Origin: Acidiferrobacterales bacterium
GTDB taxonomy: Bacteria > Pseudomonadota > Gammaproteobacteria > Acidiferrobacterales > SPGG2
Reading direction: 5' to 3'
Length of the DNA: 64,000 nucleotides
NCBI GenBank assembly: GCA_964194625.1
Contig: CAXMNC010000230.1
Coordinates: forward strand, 3,142-67,141
Of the stretch, positions 1-9,175 are shown one piece after another; the stretch's first letter is position 1, and every line of letters starts with the position of its first letter. The translations under genes were made by a program, and so were the position numbers. The notes beneath the pieces were generated by a model that was given only the letters and a program-made list of their open reading frames with translations, made no database searches and was not told where the DNA came from.

Positions 1-92
1 ACTAGACAACAATCTCAGTACCCGAACGGACTCGACATTACATTGACCAGCTTTTCTAAGTCTTCTGGCTACACGCCTTTTGGCGTCCAGCC

Positions 93-452
93 GTGCACCG
101 TCTTCTCCGGAAAATGATGACAAACGTCGGGAGTGAATCCATGAAGCTGTGCAGAAACCTCTTCGTTCTTCTGTTTGCAAGTACCGGTTTGTTATCGGCC
201 CCGTTTCAGGTATCAGCACGAAGCACGGTAGTGCTAGATTTCGAGAGCTTGGCGCACACGGATGAGTTTATCTCTGTACCATCGCCGCACCGCGAATTTG
301 GCTTCGCCGTAACGAGCAGCGTTACCGTTGGTTCTCCTACCTTTACTGTCTTCGGCCCCGACGATTCGCGCTTCGCGGGATCCGCTAATTTGTTGTCAAT
401 CAGCGTGTCCGAATGGAACCCGCGGGGTTGTCGGAATTGCAATCCACCGTGA
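93..452 (+). CDS. hypothetical secreted protein, possibly disrupted
   Basis: 119-aa ORF with a signal-like hydrophobic N-terminus (LFVLLFASTGLLSAPFQVSA). It stops at 452 while other frames stay open to about 597, so the gene may be frameshifted. No family recognised. Confidence 0.3.
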   Translation: MHRLLRKMMTNVGSESMKLCRNLFVLLFASTGLLSAPFQVSARSTVVLDFESLAHTDEFISVPSPHREFGFAVTSSVTVGSPTFTVFGPDDSRFAGSANLLSISVSEWNPRGCRNCNPP

Positions 453-920
453 CGCACAGCTTCGTTCTCGATCAGGTATTCGGCTATTAGCAGCCGCCAT
501 CACCACAACTGGGCAGGTTGCGCTTCTGCATAAACACAACTACATCAGAGATACCGAGACAGGGCTTGATTGGCACACTCTGCGGGATCGTCTGTAGCGG
601 CATTGCCAGACAGTCCGTTAGACCAGGCAACAAGGAGAACTGTCGAAATGGAGAAGCGAATAACTAGTGGTATTTCGCTTTACAACTTCGACCCCAAATG
701 ACCAAAAAGGCAGTTACTGAAAGGAGGTAAGCCGAAATGCATCAACCGATGATGATGGATTAAATGATGGGGTGGACACGACCTTGAGTTATCGGGGTCA
801 TTTCTTCAACGCCCGTGAGTTGCCGAGAGCGATGTGGAGCAACGCGGGTTCGCAGTAAAGGTCACTAGATCGTAAACTATCCGCTGCTGAAGTACGGAAG
901 GCCGGCGCTAAGACCCTTTT

Positions 921-1865
921 GTGCGAAAGAAGGAGCGGATGAAAAGTTCGGTGAAGATATCGTTGGCGGCGAAGCTTCTGACTTTGGCCCTGATTTCTAA
1001 CTTCTGTGTCGGGATCGCTTCCGCAGGCCCCGCTAGCCTTGACGAGCTGCGGAGAAACCATGCCGCGTACCAATTGTGGAAGCAGCGAAACAATCCGGAT
1101 ATCCAGTTCTTCTTAGAGACGACGAAGCTAGAAAGTACGTTCGTAGCCCGAATGGGAGTTGAGGCGGCAGGGCGCTCGTTGGTCGAATTGGCTCTGATAC
1201 TGGGCGAGCCGGGCGCATGGTGTGAATTCATGCCGCTGCACTTGAACGTAAAGGCATGTGTATCAGTCGCAAACGGCAGTGATCGAGAGGTAACATTATA
1301 CTTCGGCAAGAAACACTACCAGCGTCCCAAGAAAGCCAAGCCCCTGACCCTTAGCTTCAGCAGCAAACATACGGCAGATTTGTTTAGCGTCAATCTGTAC
1401 GCAGAGAAGGGGCCTTATGGCACCTCCGATTATCACATTGAGCTCTACGTCATACCGACAACTGACGGCGTCTACGGTGAACTCAGGGTTTCGCAGCGAT
1501 TCGGTAAGTTCGCGAAGAGACTCGGAAAGTTGTATCTGGCGACGATCGGTCGACACAAGGAGGGATTTACCGTGCTCGATTACGACAGAGACGGCGAGCC
1601 GCAATATGTTAGGGGTATACGGGGCGTTGCCGAGCGTAATATCGTCCGCTATCTGCTGGCAATCAAAGTGTTTCTCGAATCCCAAGAGTTGGCGGGTAAG
1701 GAGGTCTTTCAGCGCCGGGCCGAACTATGGTTTGATGCGACCGAAACTTATAAAAGACAGTTGCACGAACTCCCTCGCCAAGAGTACCTCGATAACGTGC
1801 GGCGCGAGTACGATAATCAAGTTGCTCTACAGCAGAGCCTGTCGCCACAACTGTCGTCACAATGA
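921..1865 (+). CDS. hypothetical exported protein
   Basis: 314-aa ORF with a signal-like segment (AAKLLTLALISNFCVGIASAGP). The overlapping antisense ORFs look like shadows. No family recognised. Confidence 0.6.
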   Translation: MRKKERMKSSVKISLAAKLLTLALISNFCVGIASAGPASLDELRRNHAAYQLWKQRNNPDIQFFLETTKLESTFVARMGVEAAGRSLVELALILGEPGAWCEFMPLHLNVKACVSVANGSDREVTLYFGKKHYQRPKKAKPLTLSFSSKHTADLFSVNLYAEKGPYGTSDYHIELYVIPTTDGVYGELRVSQRFGKFAKRLGKLYLATIGRHKEGFTVLDYDRDGEPQYVRGIRGVAERNIVRYLLAIKVFLESQELAGKEVFQRRAELWFDATETYKRQLHELPRQEYLDNVRREYDNQVALQQSLSPQLSSQ

Positions 1866-1946
1866 CCTGAAGAATGCCCGCGGCGCAGATCGCTCAGGCT
1901 GACTGTTTACGCCTGCCAAATTTTAGGAACCGCGTTTGCTTGACTT

Positions 1947-2258
1947 CTATAGCACCCGAAATATCTGCCAGTGCGGTGTACCGGATACGATATATGGTTC
2001 GATGTCCTTACTCCATTGTTTATGGGCTTCTATCGTACCGAGCTTCTTCCAGGCCGCGCCGAGGTCAGCGAGATCTTCAATCTCCACGTCCGACTGAATG
2101 GTTGACTCCAACGCGCCCACCGCACCAGTCAAAAGCCGAACCTTATCCGGCGTCCAGCCGACTTGCGACCCAATTTCCTCGTTCCAGCGCTTCAACATAT
2201 CGATAACAGTCTGTTTGTGACCAAAACGGGCTTCAATTTGCCAACGTGCAATCATCAT
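1947..2258 (-). CDS. small conserved hypothetical protein (about 103 aa)
   Basis: ORF 1947-2360 trimmed to the ATGATG at 2258, which is preceded by GGAGA. Sequence starts MMIARWQIEARFGHKQ. A ferredoxin-fold/NIPSNAP-like assignment is only a guess. Confidence 0.55.
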   Translation of the reverse strand: MMIARWQIEARFGHKQTVIDMLKRWNEEIGSQVGWTPDKVRLLTGAVGALESTIQSDVEIEDLADLGAAWKKLGTIEAHKQWSKDIEPYIVSGTPHWQIFRVL

Positions 2259-2620
2259 GGTGTGTCTCCTCATCCATCGTATTTTAACGAGGCGAGCAAT
2301 GCGCTTGGGCCATATCAGGGGTGTCGTCGCATCTGTCCAACGCTGGGAACACCCGCCCATCTCGCCACGGCAGGTTCAGCTAATGTGAACGCTACCTAAC
2401 CAGTGCTCTGAACGTCCGCTAATAAAACTCTGCTGACGTAGTTTAAAACTTTCCACTCGCTGTTCCTAATTAGCGAAACAGCTCGGGGACCTTCGGGTCA
2501 GTCTCCGCTGGCGCTCCTTGCCCATCGCATGTGGGCTTCTTCAAGGATGATTCGAACTCCTGACGAGGGCCAAGAGGACAAAGCTCACTTTGTGTGGACT
2601 TTTTCTTTATCATCGGTGCA

Positions 2621-3886
2621 ATGAAAAATCTCTGGGAAGCTACCGCGGAACCGTCCCCCGAGTCCGAGCCGCTGGCCGGGAACCGCAGCGCAGACGTAGC
2701 CGTGATCGGCGCTGGATTCACCGGTTGTGCGGTGGCGCTACGTTTGGCACAAGCCAGCACCGACGTCTGTGTTCTTGAGGCGGAGGATATTGGCTATGGC
2801 GCATCAGGGCGTAACGTCGGGCTAGTGAACGCGGGCTTGTGGGTGGAGCCGCAGAAGATAGAGGTTGAGTTAGGTCAGGAGAACGCACAGCGTCTTAACG
2901 ATATGCTGATGCGGGCGCCGGACGTGGTTTTCGATTTGATCGAAAAGCATAGTATTGCTTGCGAGGCGACACGGGCGGGCACGCTGTACTGTGCGCATGC
3001 GCGGCGTGAGTTTCGAAAGCTTGAGCGGCGAGCAGAGCAACTCATCGCAGCTGGAGCACCGATTAAGCTGCTCTCACCGGATGAGGCGCGTGAGAAGACG
3101 GGGTCCGACGCGTTCCACGGTGCACTATTAGATCCCCGTGCTGGCACCATTCAGCCGCTTAGCTACGTCCGCGGATTGGCGAAAGCGGCGAGTAAGGCAG
3201 GGGCCAAGCTTTACACCCGCTCGCGGGTCAACGCACTCACACATGATGGCGAGCAATGGCGCGTCGCGACCAATCAAGGTTCAGTAAGCGCTAAGTCGGT
3301 GATTCTCGCCACCAACGCATACACGGCGTCGCTAGATTCGGCGACGATGCCATCGTTCGTACCGGTTCACTACTGTCAGTTTGCTACTGCGCCTTTAAGA
3401 AAAGATCTGGCTCGCACAATATTGCCGGAACGTCAGGGGGCATGGGATACGGCGACGGTAATGTCGTCATTTCGATTGGATAACAATGACCGACTGATTG
3501 TTGGTGGTGTCGGGCGGCTCGACGGACCCGGCGCGCGTGCACACGCAGCATGGGCGCGTCGAAAACTGAAGAGCCTCTTTCCCGCGGTGCAAGCTAAGCA
3601 CTTCGAATTCGGATGGTCGGGCCGTATGGCGATAACCGGTGACCGCTTGCCCAAGATCGCAAGGATCGGGCCTGGCGGGTTGGTGGTGCATGGCTACAAT
3701 GGCCGTGGCATCGGCCCGGGGACGATCTTTGGGACCGCTTTGGCTGATTACATTCTGGGTGCCGACGAAACAGTATTGCCGCTACCTGTTCTGGATCGAC
3801 ATAGTGAATCGTTCCGGTTGCTTAAGTCGTGCTTCTACGAGGTTGGGGCGACCGTGTTTCACTTGTTGAGTGCGCGGGTTAAGTAG
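2621..3886 (+). CDS. FAD-dependent oxidoreductase (DAO / glycine-D-amino-acid oxidase family)
   Basis: N-terminal dinucleotide-binding motif VAVIGAGFTGCAVALRLA. Length is 421 aa from ATG 2621, and the overall layout is DAO-family. Confidence 0.85.
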   Translation: MKNLWEATAEPSPESEPLAGNRSADVAVIGAGFTGCAVALRLAQASTDVCVLEAEDIGYGASGRNVGLVNAGLWVEPQKIEVELGQENAQRLNDMLMRAPDVVFDLIEKHSIACEATRAGTLYCAHARREFRKLERRAEQLIAAGAPIKLLSPDEAREKTGSDAFHGALLDPRAGTIQPLSYVRGLAKAASKAGAKLYTRSRVNALTHDGEQWRVATNQGSVSAKSVILATNAYTASLDSATMPSFVPVHYCQFATAPLRKDLARTILPERQGAWDTATVMSSFRLDNNDRLIVGGVGRLDGPGARAHAAWARRKLKSLFPAVQAKHFEFGWSGRMAITGDRLPKIARIGPGGLVVHGYNGRGIGPGTIFGTALADYILGADETVLPLPVLDRHSESFRLLKSCFYEVGATVFHLLSARVK

Positions 3887-3894
3887 GTGCTGCC

Positions 3895-4185
3895 ATGATT
3901 GATGATCACTGTCTTCGACAGGAGGTGGACAAGATCCGCGCCGAGCTTAAGCACCTTGACCAACTCGAAGATGTGCTCGACGAGGCGCGTGGTGAGTTCG
4001 AGCATGAATTGCGACGAGCGGGGGACGCGCTAATGAGAGCGGGCGGGCGTTCCTGGGGTGCCGAAAAGCGAATTAAGGAGTTGAAGGGCAATATTGCGCT
4101 CAATCGCAAAGACCTGGACGAAAATGAAAAGCGGCGCCAAGAACTCGAAGCTCGTCTTAAGAATATCGAGCAAAAACTCTCCTAG
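3895..4185 (+). CDS. small coiled-coil protein, hypothetical
   Basis: 96-aa heptad-rich charged ORF starting 9 nt after the oxidoreductase stop. Its 3' end overlaps the convergent MttB gene by 4 nt. Confidence 0.45.
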   Translation: MIDDHCLRQEVDKIRAELKHLDQLEDVLDEARGEFEHELRRAGDALMRAGGRSWGAEKRIKELKGNIALNRKDLDENEKRRQELEARLKNIEQKLS

Positions 4186-5741
4186 AAATCGGTGGGCGCA
4201 CCACCTTCTTCTTTGCGCTTGATGACAAACGCCTCAAGCTCCTCTCGCAGGCTCTCTTCCATTGTAGGTGGTGTGTATTCTTTGATGAGCTGTTTCCAGA
4301 GTTTGTTGGCACGTTCGAGCACTGTTTCCGACCCTGCTTCTTGCCAACTCTCAAAATTACGCCAATCGGAAAGAAACGGACTATAAAAGGCAGTGCGGTA
4401 ACGGCTTTGCGTATGATCGCAACCGAAAAAGTGTCCACTGGAGCCCACTTCTCGGATTGCCTCGAGCGCAAGGTCATCATCGGTGGTGGAAATCTGTTGA
4501 TGGTAATAAATAAATTGTTGTAGGACTTCGCAGTCCATGACAAACTTCTCAAAGCTTGCCGCAAGCCCGCCCTCAAGCCAACCGGCAGCATGGAACATCA
4601 TATGCGCGTGCCCGCTTGTGCTACCCCAAAGCGAAAACACACTCTCCCACATGGCCTGCGCGTCGGCACAGTTCGCGGCGTTGGCGTTGGAGGCGCGCAA
4701 CGGTAGCTTGTAGTGCCTCGCTAACTGACCCGAGATCTGCATCGCGCGCATGTATTCTGGCGTCCCAAACGCGGGCGCCCCCGACTTCATGTCGACATTC
4801 GATGTAAAAGCGCCGTAAACCACAGGCGCCCCGGGCCTTACCGTCTGTAGCAATGCGATCGCGGCCAGGCACTCGGCCGTTTGTTGGGCCAGGGCGCCGG
4901 CGAGTGTTACCGGGGCCATGGCACCGGCAAGCGTGAACGGCGTGACCACGACGCATTGGTTACGTCGGGCCAGACGCATGGCGCCATCGAGCATTGGCCA
5001 ATCGTGCTTTAACGGAGAGGAAGAATTGATGTTGGTAAACATTCGCGGCGTGGCCTCAAATTCTTCATGTGTTAGCCCAGCCGCGATTCGAAACATTTCT
5101 ATTGCATCCTCAACCCGTACCGTGCCCAAGGAGTAAGCATGCGATGCCTTGTCGGTGAGCGTCAGCTTGTCGTATAGCGCATCGAGGTGCCGGGTCGACG
5201 CATGGATATCCACCGGTTCGACTGGATAGCCACCGATCATATGAAGGCAATTAAAGGTCTGCGATAGCTTCAGAAAATTCCGGTAGTCGGCGCGATTACC
5301 CACGCGGCGCCCGCGGTCAATATCGGTTGCGTTCGGTGGGCTAGATACCGGGCTAAAGGCGAGCTTGTCACCGCCAATAAAGATTTTGCGAGAGGGATTG
5401 CGAGGTGTAATCGTAAACGCCGACGGGGCCTTGGCCACTTGTTGCATAACGAAGTCCCGACCCATTCGCACCCGATCGGAATCCGATGCGACATCACAGC
5501 CGGCGTCTTTCAGAATTGTCTTTGCTTCTTCGTTGAGGAAGTCGACGCCTATTTCCTCGAGTACGCGCATGGCGGTGTCATGAATGCGCTCGATGCCGTC
5601 GGCGTCTAGCGGCTCGATGGGCTTATCGGCGTATTGCAGCTGCTTCCACTCGAGTTGTTCTAGGGTGGGTCGTTGCTGCTGGACACCTTGTTTACGACGC
5701 CGGCGTCCGCGTTTTTCGCCAACCACTGATTCCTCAACCAT
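4182..5741 (-). CDS. trimethylamine methyltransferase (MttB) family protein, non-pyrrolysine type
   Basis: 519-aa uninterrupted ORF. It has the basic N-terminus and the IERIHDTAMRVLEEIGVDF block typical of COG5598/MttB-superfamily proteins, and no in-frame TAG. Confidence 0.88.
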   Translation of the reverse strand: MVEESVVGEKRGRRRRKQGVQQQRPTLEQLEWKQLQYADKPIEPLDADGIERIHDTAMRVLEEIGVDFLNEEAKTILKDAGCDVASDSDRVRMGRDFVMQQVAKAPSAFTITPRNPSRKIFIGGDKLAFSPVSSPPNATDIDRGRRVGNRADYRNFLKLSQTFNCLHMIGGYPVEPVDIHASTRHLDALYDKLTLTDKASHAYSLGTVRVEDAIEMFRIAAGLTHEEFEATPRMFTNINSSSPLKHDWPMLDGAMRLARRNQCVVVTPFTLAGAMAPVTLAGALAQQTAECLAAIALLQTVRPGAPVVYGAFTSNVDMKSGAPAFGTPEYMRAMQISGQLARHYKLPLRASNANAANCADAQAMWESVFSLWGSTSGHAHMMFHAAGWLEGGLAASFEKFVMDCEVLQQFIYYHQQISTTDDDLALEAIREVGSSGHFFGCDHTQSRYRTAFYSPFLSDWRNFESWQEAGSETVLERANKLWKQLIKEYTPPTMEESLREELEAFVIKRKEEGGAPTDF

Positions 5742-5834
5742 TCATCCCCTCCACGTGAGCGAACCTTCATTCCATAATAGAAGGCGCATTATATTGAACT
5801 TGAGTTGCTGGGTAATTAGGGCCGTTTGGATCTA

Positions 5835-6596
5835 TCAAGTCGATCGTCGGTGTATCGCCAGGGGACCAAATGCTTGGCACACTGGCATGAGCTGGATGGT
5901 ATCGATGTTGACATGGGGTGCGCGCGTGACCGCCCAGTGGATAGCGTCGGCGATGTCATCAGCCGTTAGAGTCGTGGTACCCGCATAGAACGCATCAACT
6001 TTGGATTGATCGCCCTTGTGTCGTGTAGACGAGAATTCGGTGTCGCTCACCATCCCAGGCACGATCTCGGTAACGCGAATAGGCGTACCAAGCAGGTCTG
6101 CACGCAAGTTGGTGCTGAATCGATCGACAAACGCCTTGGTGGCCCCATATACCGCGTTTCCGGGGGACGGATACTGACCCGCTACCGAGCCGACGTTAAT
6201 GATGTGACCACGATTGCGTTCGATCATGCCCGGCAGAAGGATATGGGTACCAAATAGCAGACCCTTCACGTTCGTATCGATCATGGTTTCCCAATCCTTG
6301 TAGTCGGTGTGATAGACCGGGTCTCGGCTGAGCGCTAGCCCGGCATTGTTCACGAGCACGTCGACGGCGGCGAAAGCCTCTGGCAACTCTCGAATGGCGG
6401 TTGCATAAGCAGTGGTATCGCGGATGTCAAAGGCGGCGGTATGCACTCGGCTCGAATCGAGCTCGTTCTTCAGGGCTTCAAGCCTGTCACTACGGCGACC
6501 CGTGAGGATCAACTGCGCACCATCAGACGCGAAACGTCGGGCTGTGGCAGCACCGAAACCAGAGGTTGCACCAGTAATAAAGACAGTCAAGTCCAC
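5835..6596 (-). CDS. SDR family NAD(P)-dependent oxidoreductase (YdfG-like)
   Basis: TGATSGFG cofactor motif and YGATKAF (YxxxK) catalytic motif; 253 aa. Confidence 0.9.
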   Translation of the reverse strand: MDLTVFITGATSGFGAATARRFASDGAQLILTGRRSDRLEALKNELDSSRVHTAAFDIRDTTAYATAIRELPEAFAAVDVLVNNAGLALSRDPVYHTDYKDWETMIDTNVKGLLFGTHILLPGMIERNRGHIINVGSVAGQYPSPGNAVYGATKAFVDRFSTNLRADLLGTPIRVTEIVPGMVSDTEFSSTRHKGDQSKVDAFYAGTTTLTADDIADAIHWAVTRAPHVNIDTIQLMPVCQAFGPLAIHRRST

Positions 6597-6652
6597 GTTC
6601 CAGGCCCTCCAACTTTTTCATTCTATGGATTGACTTCCCGACCTCAACTAGA

Positions 6653-6674
6653 ATATGGTTAACCATATGGTTAA
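6653..6674. promoter_or_regulatory. putative ArsR operator: perfect 16-bp palindrome plus a direct half-site repeat
   Basis: ATATGGTTAACCATAT at 6653-6668 is a perfect palindrome. ATATGGTTAA recurs at 6665-6674. The element overlaps both candidate ATG starts (6655, 6667) of the ArsR gene in the SDR/ArsR divergent region. Confidence 0.4.
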
Positions 6675-6996
6675 ATATAGAGAACAGGCTTTGGATCAGG
6701 TGTTCCAGGCGCTTTCTGATCCAACGCGGCGAGCTATCGTTCAAGCGTTGGTAAAGCGCGAGCACACGGCCGGTGAACTTGCGACGCCGTTTGATATGTC
6801 ATTGGCGGCGGTATCCAAGCATCTCAAGCTACTCGAAGAGGCAGGCCTAATGACACGCAGGATCGAAGGTCGGACCCACTATTGTCACCTCAATCCCAGG
6901 GGACTCGAACGCGCACAAGGTTGGCTGTCTTTCTACGAACGCTTCTGGTCGGAACGACTAGACAAACTAGCTGAAATGATTAACGAAGATGGATGA
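6655..6996 (+). CDS. ArsR/SmtB family transcriptional regulator
   Basis: FQALSDPTRRAIVQAL ... LAAVSKHLKLLEEAGL winged-HTH signature. The start may instead be the ATG at 6667. Confidence 0.9.
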   Translation: MVNHMVKYREQALDQVFQALSDPTRRAIVQALVKREHTAGELATPFDMSLAAVSKHLKLLEEAGLMTRRIEGRTHYCHLNPRGLERAQGWLSFYERFWSERLDKLAEMINEDG

Positions 6997-7005
6997 GAGG
7001 CGGAT

Positions 7006-7446
7006 ATGAACGATGCGGACACCCGATTAGTCATTAAACGTACCTTCCAGGCACCGGTGGACAAGGTATACAAGGCCTGGACGACACCTACCTTGATGCA
7101 AGAATGGTTTGCGCCTGGCGACATGACGGTTCCGAGCTTGGAGGCCGATGTGCGTGAAGGTGGCTCGTATCGCATCACGATGCTAGAGGCGAGCGGCGAG
7201 AAACACACTACTTACGGCACCTACAAGGAGGTCGTCCCGGGAAAGCGTCTCGTTCACACTTGGCAGTGGGAGGGGTCGGAAGAGGAAACACTGGTGACTA
7301 TTGAATTTCAGGCGCGTGGCGAACGCACCACCGAGCTTGTGGTCACAGATGAACGCTTTACGACCACGCAAGCGAAAGAGGCCCACAACAAGGGCTGGAA
7401 CGGCTGCCTACAAAACTTCGAGTCCTGGCTCGAAGGCGGATCTTAG
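7006..7446 (+). CDS. SRPBCC domain protein (AHSA1 / Aha1-like)
   Basis: 146 aa, begins 10 nt after ArsR. This is the usual ArsR-SRPBCC pairing. Contains the FQAPVDKVYKAWTTP ... GWNGCL pattern. Confidence 0.8.
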   Translation: MNDADTRLVIKRTFQAPVDKVYKAWTTPTLMQEWFAPGDMTVPSLEADVREGGSYRITMLEASGEKHTTYGTYKEVVPGKRLVHTWQWEGSEEETLVTIEFQARGERTTELVVTDERFTTTQAKEAHNKGWNGCLQNFESWLEGGS

Positions 7447-7770
7447 ACCCCACGACCTACAGATGTTTTGGTAAATCCCATCGCTGGCGCCCAGCGGCGG
7501 CCGCCGGCACCGGGTACGGGTTGGGACCACGCTAGGCCACGTTCTCAGCTATACTCTTGGCAACGCTCAAGGGTTTTGTTCCATGGACTGGGGGTATGGG
7601 TCGATTCCATAGCGTGTACGTTCAACGGATGATACTGAGCGTCGATCTACGTTACCCAAGGGCATATGTATGGCGCATAGCCCAAGCCTGGCCCTGTCCC
7701 CAAAACCCTCTTTCTGGAATAGCATGCGCTAGACGCGCGCAATCCGCTTGCTCAAGGATGAGGCAAACTC

Positions 7771-9096
7771 ATGAAAAAGAAGATTGATGTCCGCGACTTA
7801 AAGGCGGGGATGTATGTCTACGAGTTGGACCGGCCATGGCGCGATACGCCATTCCCGTTCCAGGGATTTCAGATCGAGAATGACGAAGCCATCAGCCAGC
7901 TTAGACAGCACTGTGAATATGTCTTCATAGATCCCGATCGTAGCCTCGCAACAGTCTCACCGATTCAAGCGTGGCGGGCGCCGCGGCCAGTGCGGGCAGA
8001 AGGGAAAAAAGGGCCCAAAGCCGAGCTCCACGAGGTTGTCGAAAAGACCACTGCCCATCGTCCAAGGCGAGTTTATCAAGATCAGACAACGGTCGAAGAG
8101 GAGGCTCGATTTATCAAAGAAGCCCACGAGCAGGCTAGCAGCCTGGTTTATTCAGTCATGGAGGACGTACAACGCGGTCAGACCTTCGATGTTGGCACCG
8201 CTAAGAAGGTAGTGGGTGACATGACGCAGAGCGTGCTGCGGAATCCGGATGCGTTAATTTGTTTTACCCATTTAAAGAAAAGACATGAATACACGGCCTT
8301 ACATTCGCTACGCGTGTGTATTCTGGCGCTCGCGTTCGGACGCCACCTGGGATTCGATGAAGAGGCATTGAACGTGCTCGGTATCGGCGCGCTACTGCAC
8401 GACGTCGGAAAGATGAAAGTGCCGCTGGAGATATTAAACAAACCCGGCAAGCTCACTGAGCATGAGTCGCGCATTATGAGGAACCACGTGCCATACGGGG
8501 TTGGTGTGCTAGAACGAGCTAAAGGTATCGCCAAAAAAGCCATTGAGGTCGCACGTCTACACCACGAGCGCTGTGACGGGACCGGATATATGGACAAACT
8601 CAAGGGAGACCAGATCAGCGAGTTTGGATTAATAGGTGCGATCGTCGATGTCTACGACGCAATCACTAGCGACCGACCTTATGGTCATGGCATCGCGACC
8701 CTCGATGCGTTGAACAAGATGTACGCCTGGCGACAAACACAGTTTCATCCCCGTCTGGTGGAGCAATTTATTCAGTGCATGGGTATTTTCCCAATCGGCA
8801 GCCTCGTTAGACTAAACAGCCATGACATCGGTGTGGTGAAAACGATGAATCGTGCCCAACGGCTTAAGCCACAGGTGGTGCTCGTCCTCAAACCCGATAA
8901 AACGCACCACCCCTTCAGAAGAACGGTTGACCTCGCCCATGAAACAAACGGTCGAGGCCAGCCCTACGAAATAACAAAGGTTCTCCCCGCTGGCTTATAT
9001 GGGGTCCAGCCGGTGGACTACTTGCCGATTGCGGCCATGGCGCAACCGTCGCCGACGCCCGTCGGGCAGCATGGGGCACGGCAGCGAAGCATCTAG
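7771..9096 (+). CDS. HD-GYP domain phosphodiesterase with DUF3391-like N-terminus
   Basis: N-terminus DLKAGMYVYELDRPW is DUF3391-like. HD-GYP motifs LHDVGK and HHERCDGTGY are present. Confidence 0.9.
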   Translation: MKKKIDVRDLKAGMYVYELDRPWRDTPFPFQGFQIENDEAISQLRQHCEYVFIDPDRSLATVSPIQAWRAPRPVRAEGKKGPKAELHEVVEKTTAHRPRRVYQDQTTVEEEARFIKEAHEQASSLVYSVMEDVQRGQTFDVGTAKKVVGDMTQSVLRNPDALICFTHLKKRHEYTALHSLRVCILALAFGRHLGFDEEALNVLGIGALLHDVGKMKVPLEILNKPGKLTEHESRIMRNHVPYGVGVLERAKGIAKKAIEVARLHHERCDGTGYMDKLKGDQISEFGLIGAIVDVYDAITSDRPYGHGIATLDALNKMYAWRQTQFHPRLVEQFIQCMGIFPIGSLVRLNSHDIGVVKTMNRAQRLKPQVVLVLKPDKTHHPFRRTVDLAHETNGRGQPYEITKVLPAGLYGVQPVDYLPIAAMAQPSPTPVGQHGARQRSI

Positions 9097-9175
9097 GACC
9101 GAAGCCGCTTTAACGCGTTGTCGCTAGGCAACCGCGTGTACGGCGTCATGTCCAGGGGGCATAATTGCAACTTGG

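Noticed and set aside
4182-5741. Possibility that the MttB-family gene uses an in-frame amber codon for pyrrolysine
   Set aside because: The 519-aa ORF is uninterrupted and contains no in-frame TAG. No pyl genes are visible. The TAG lesions elsewhere in the window (50501, 57189) sit in unrelated genes.
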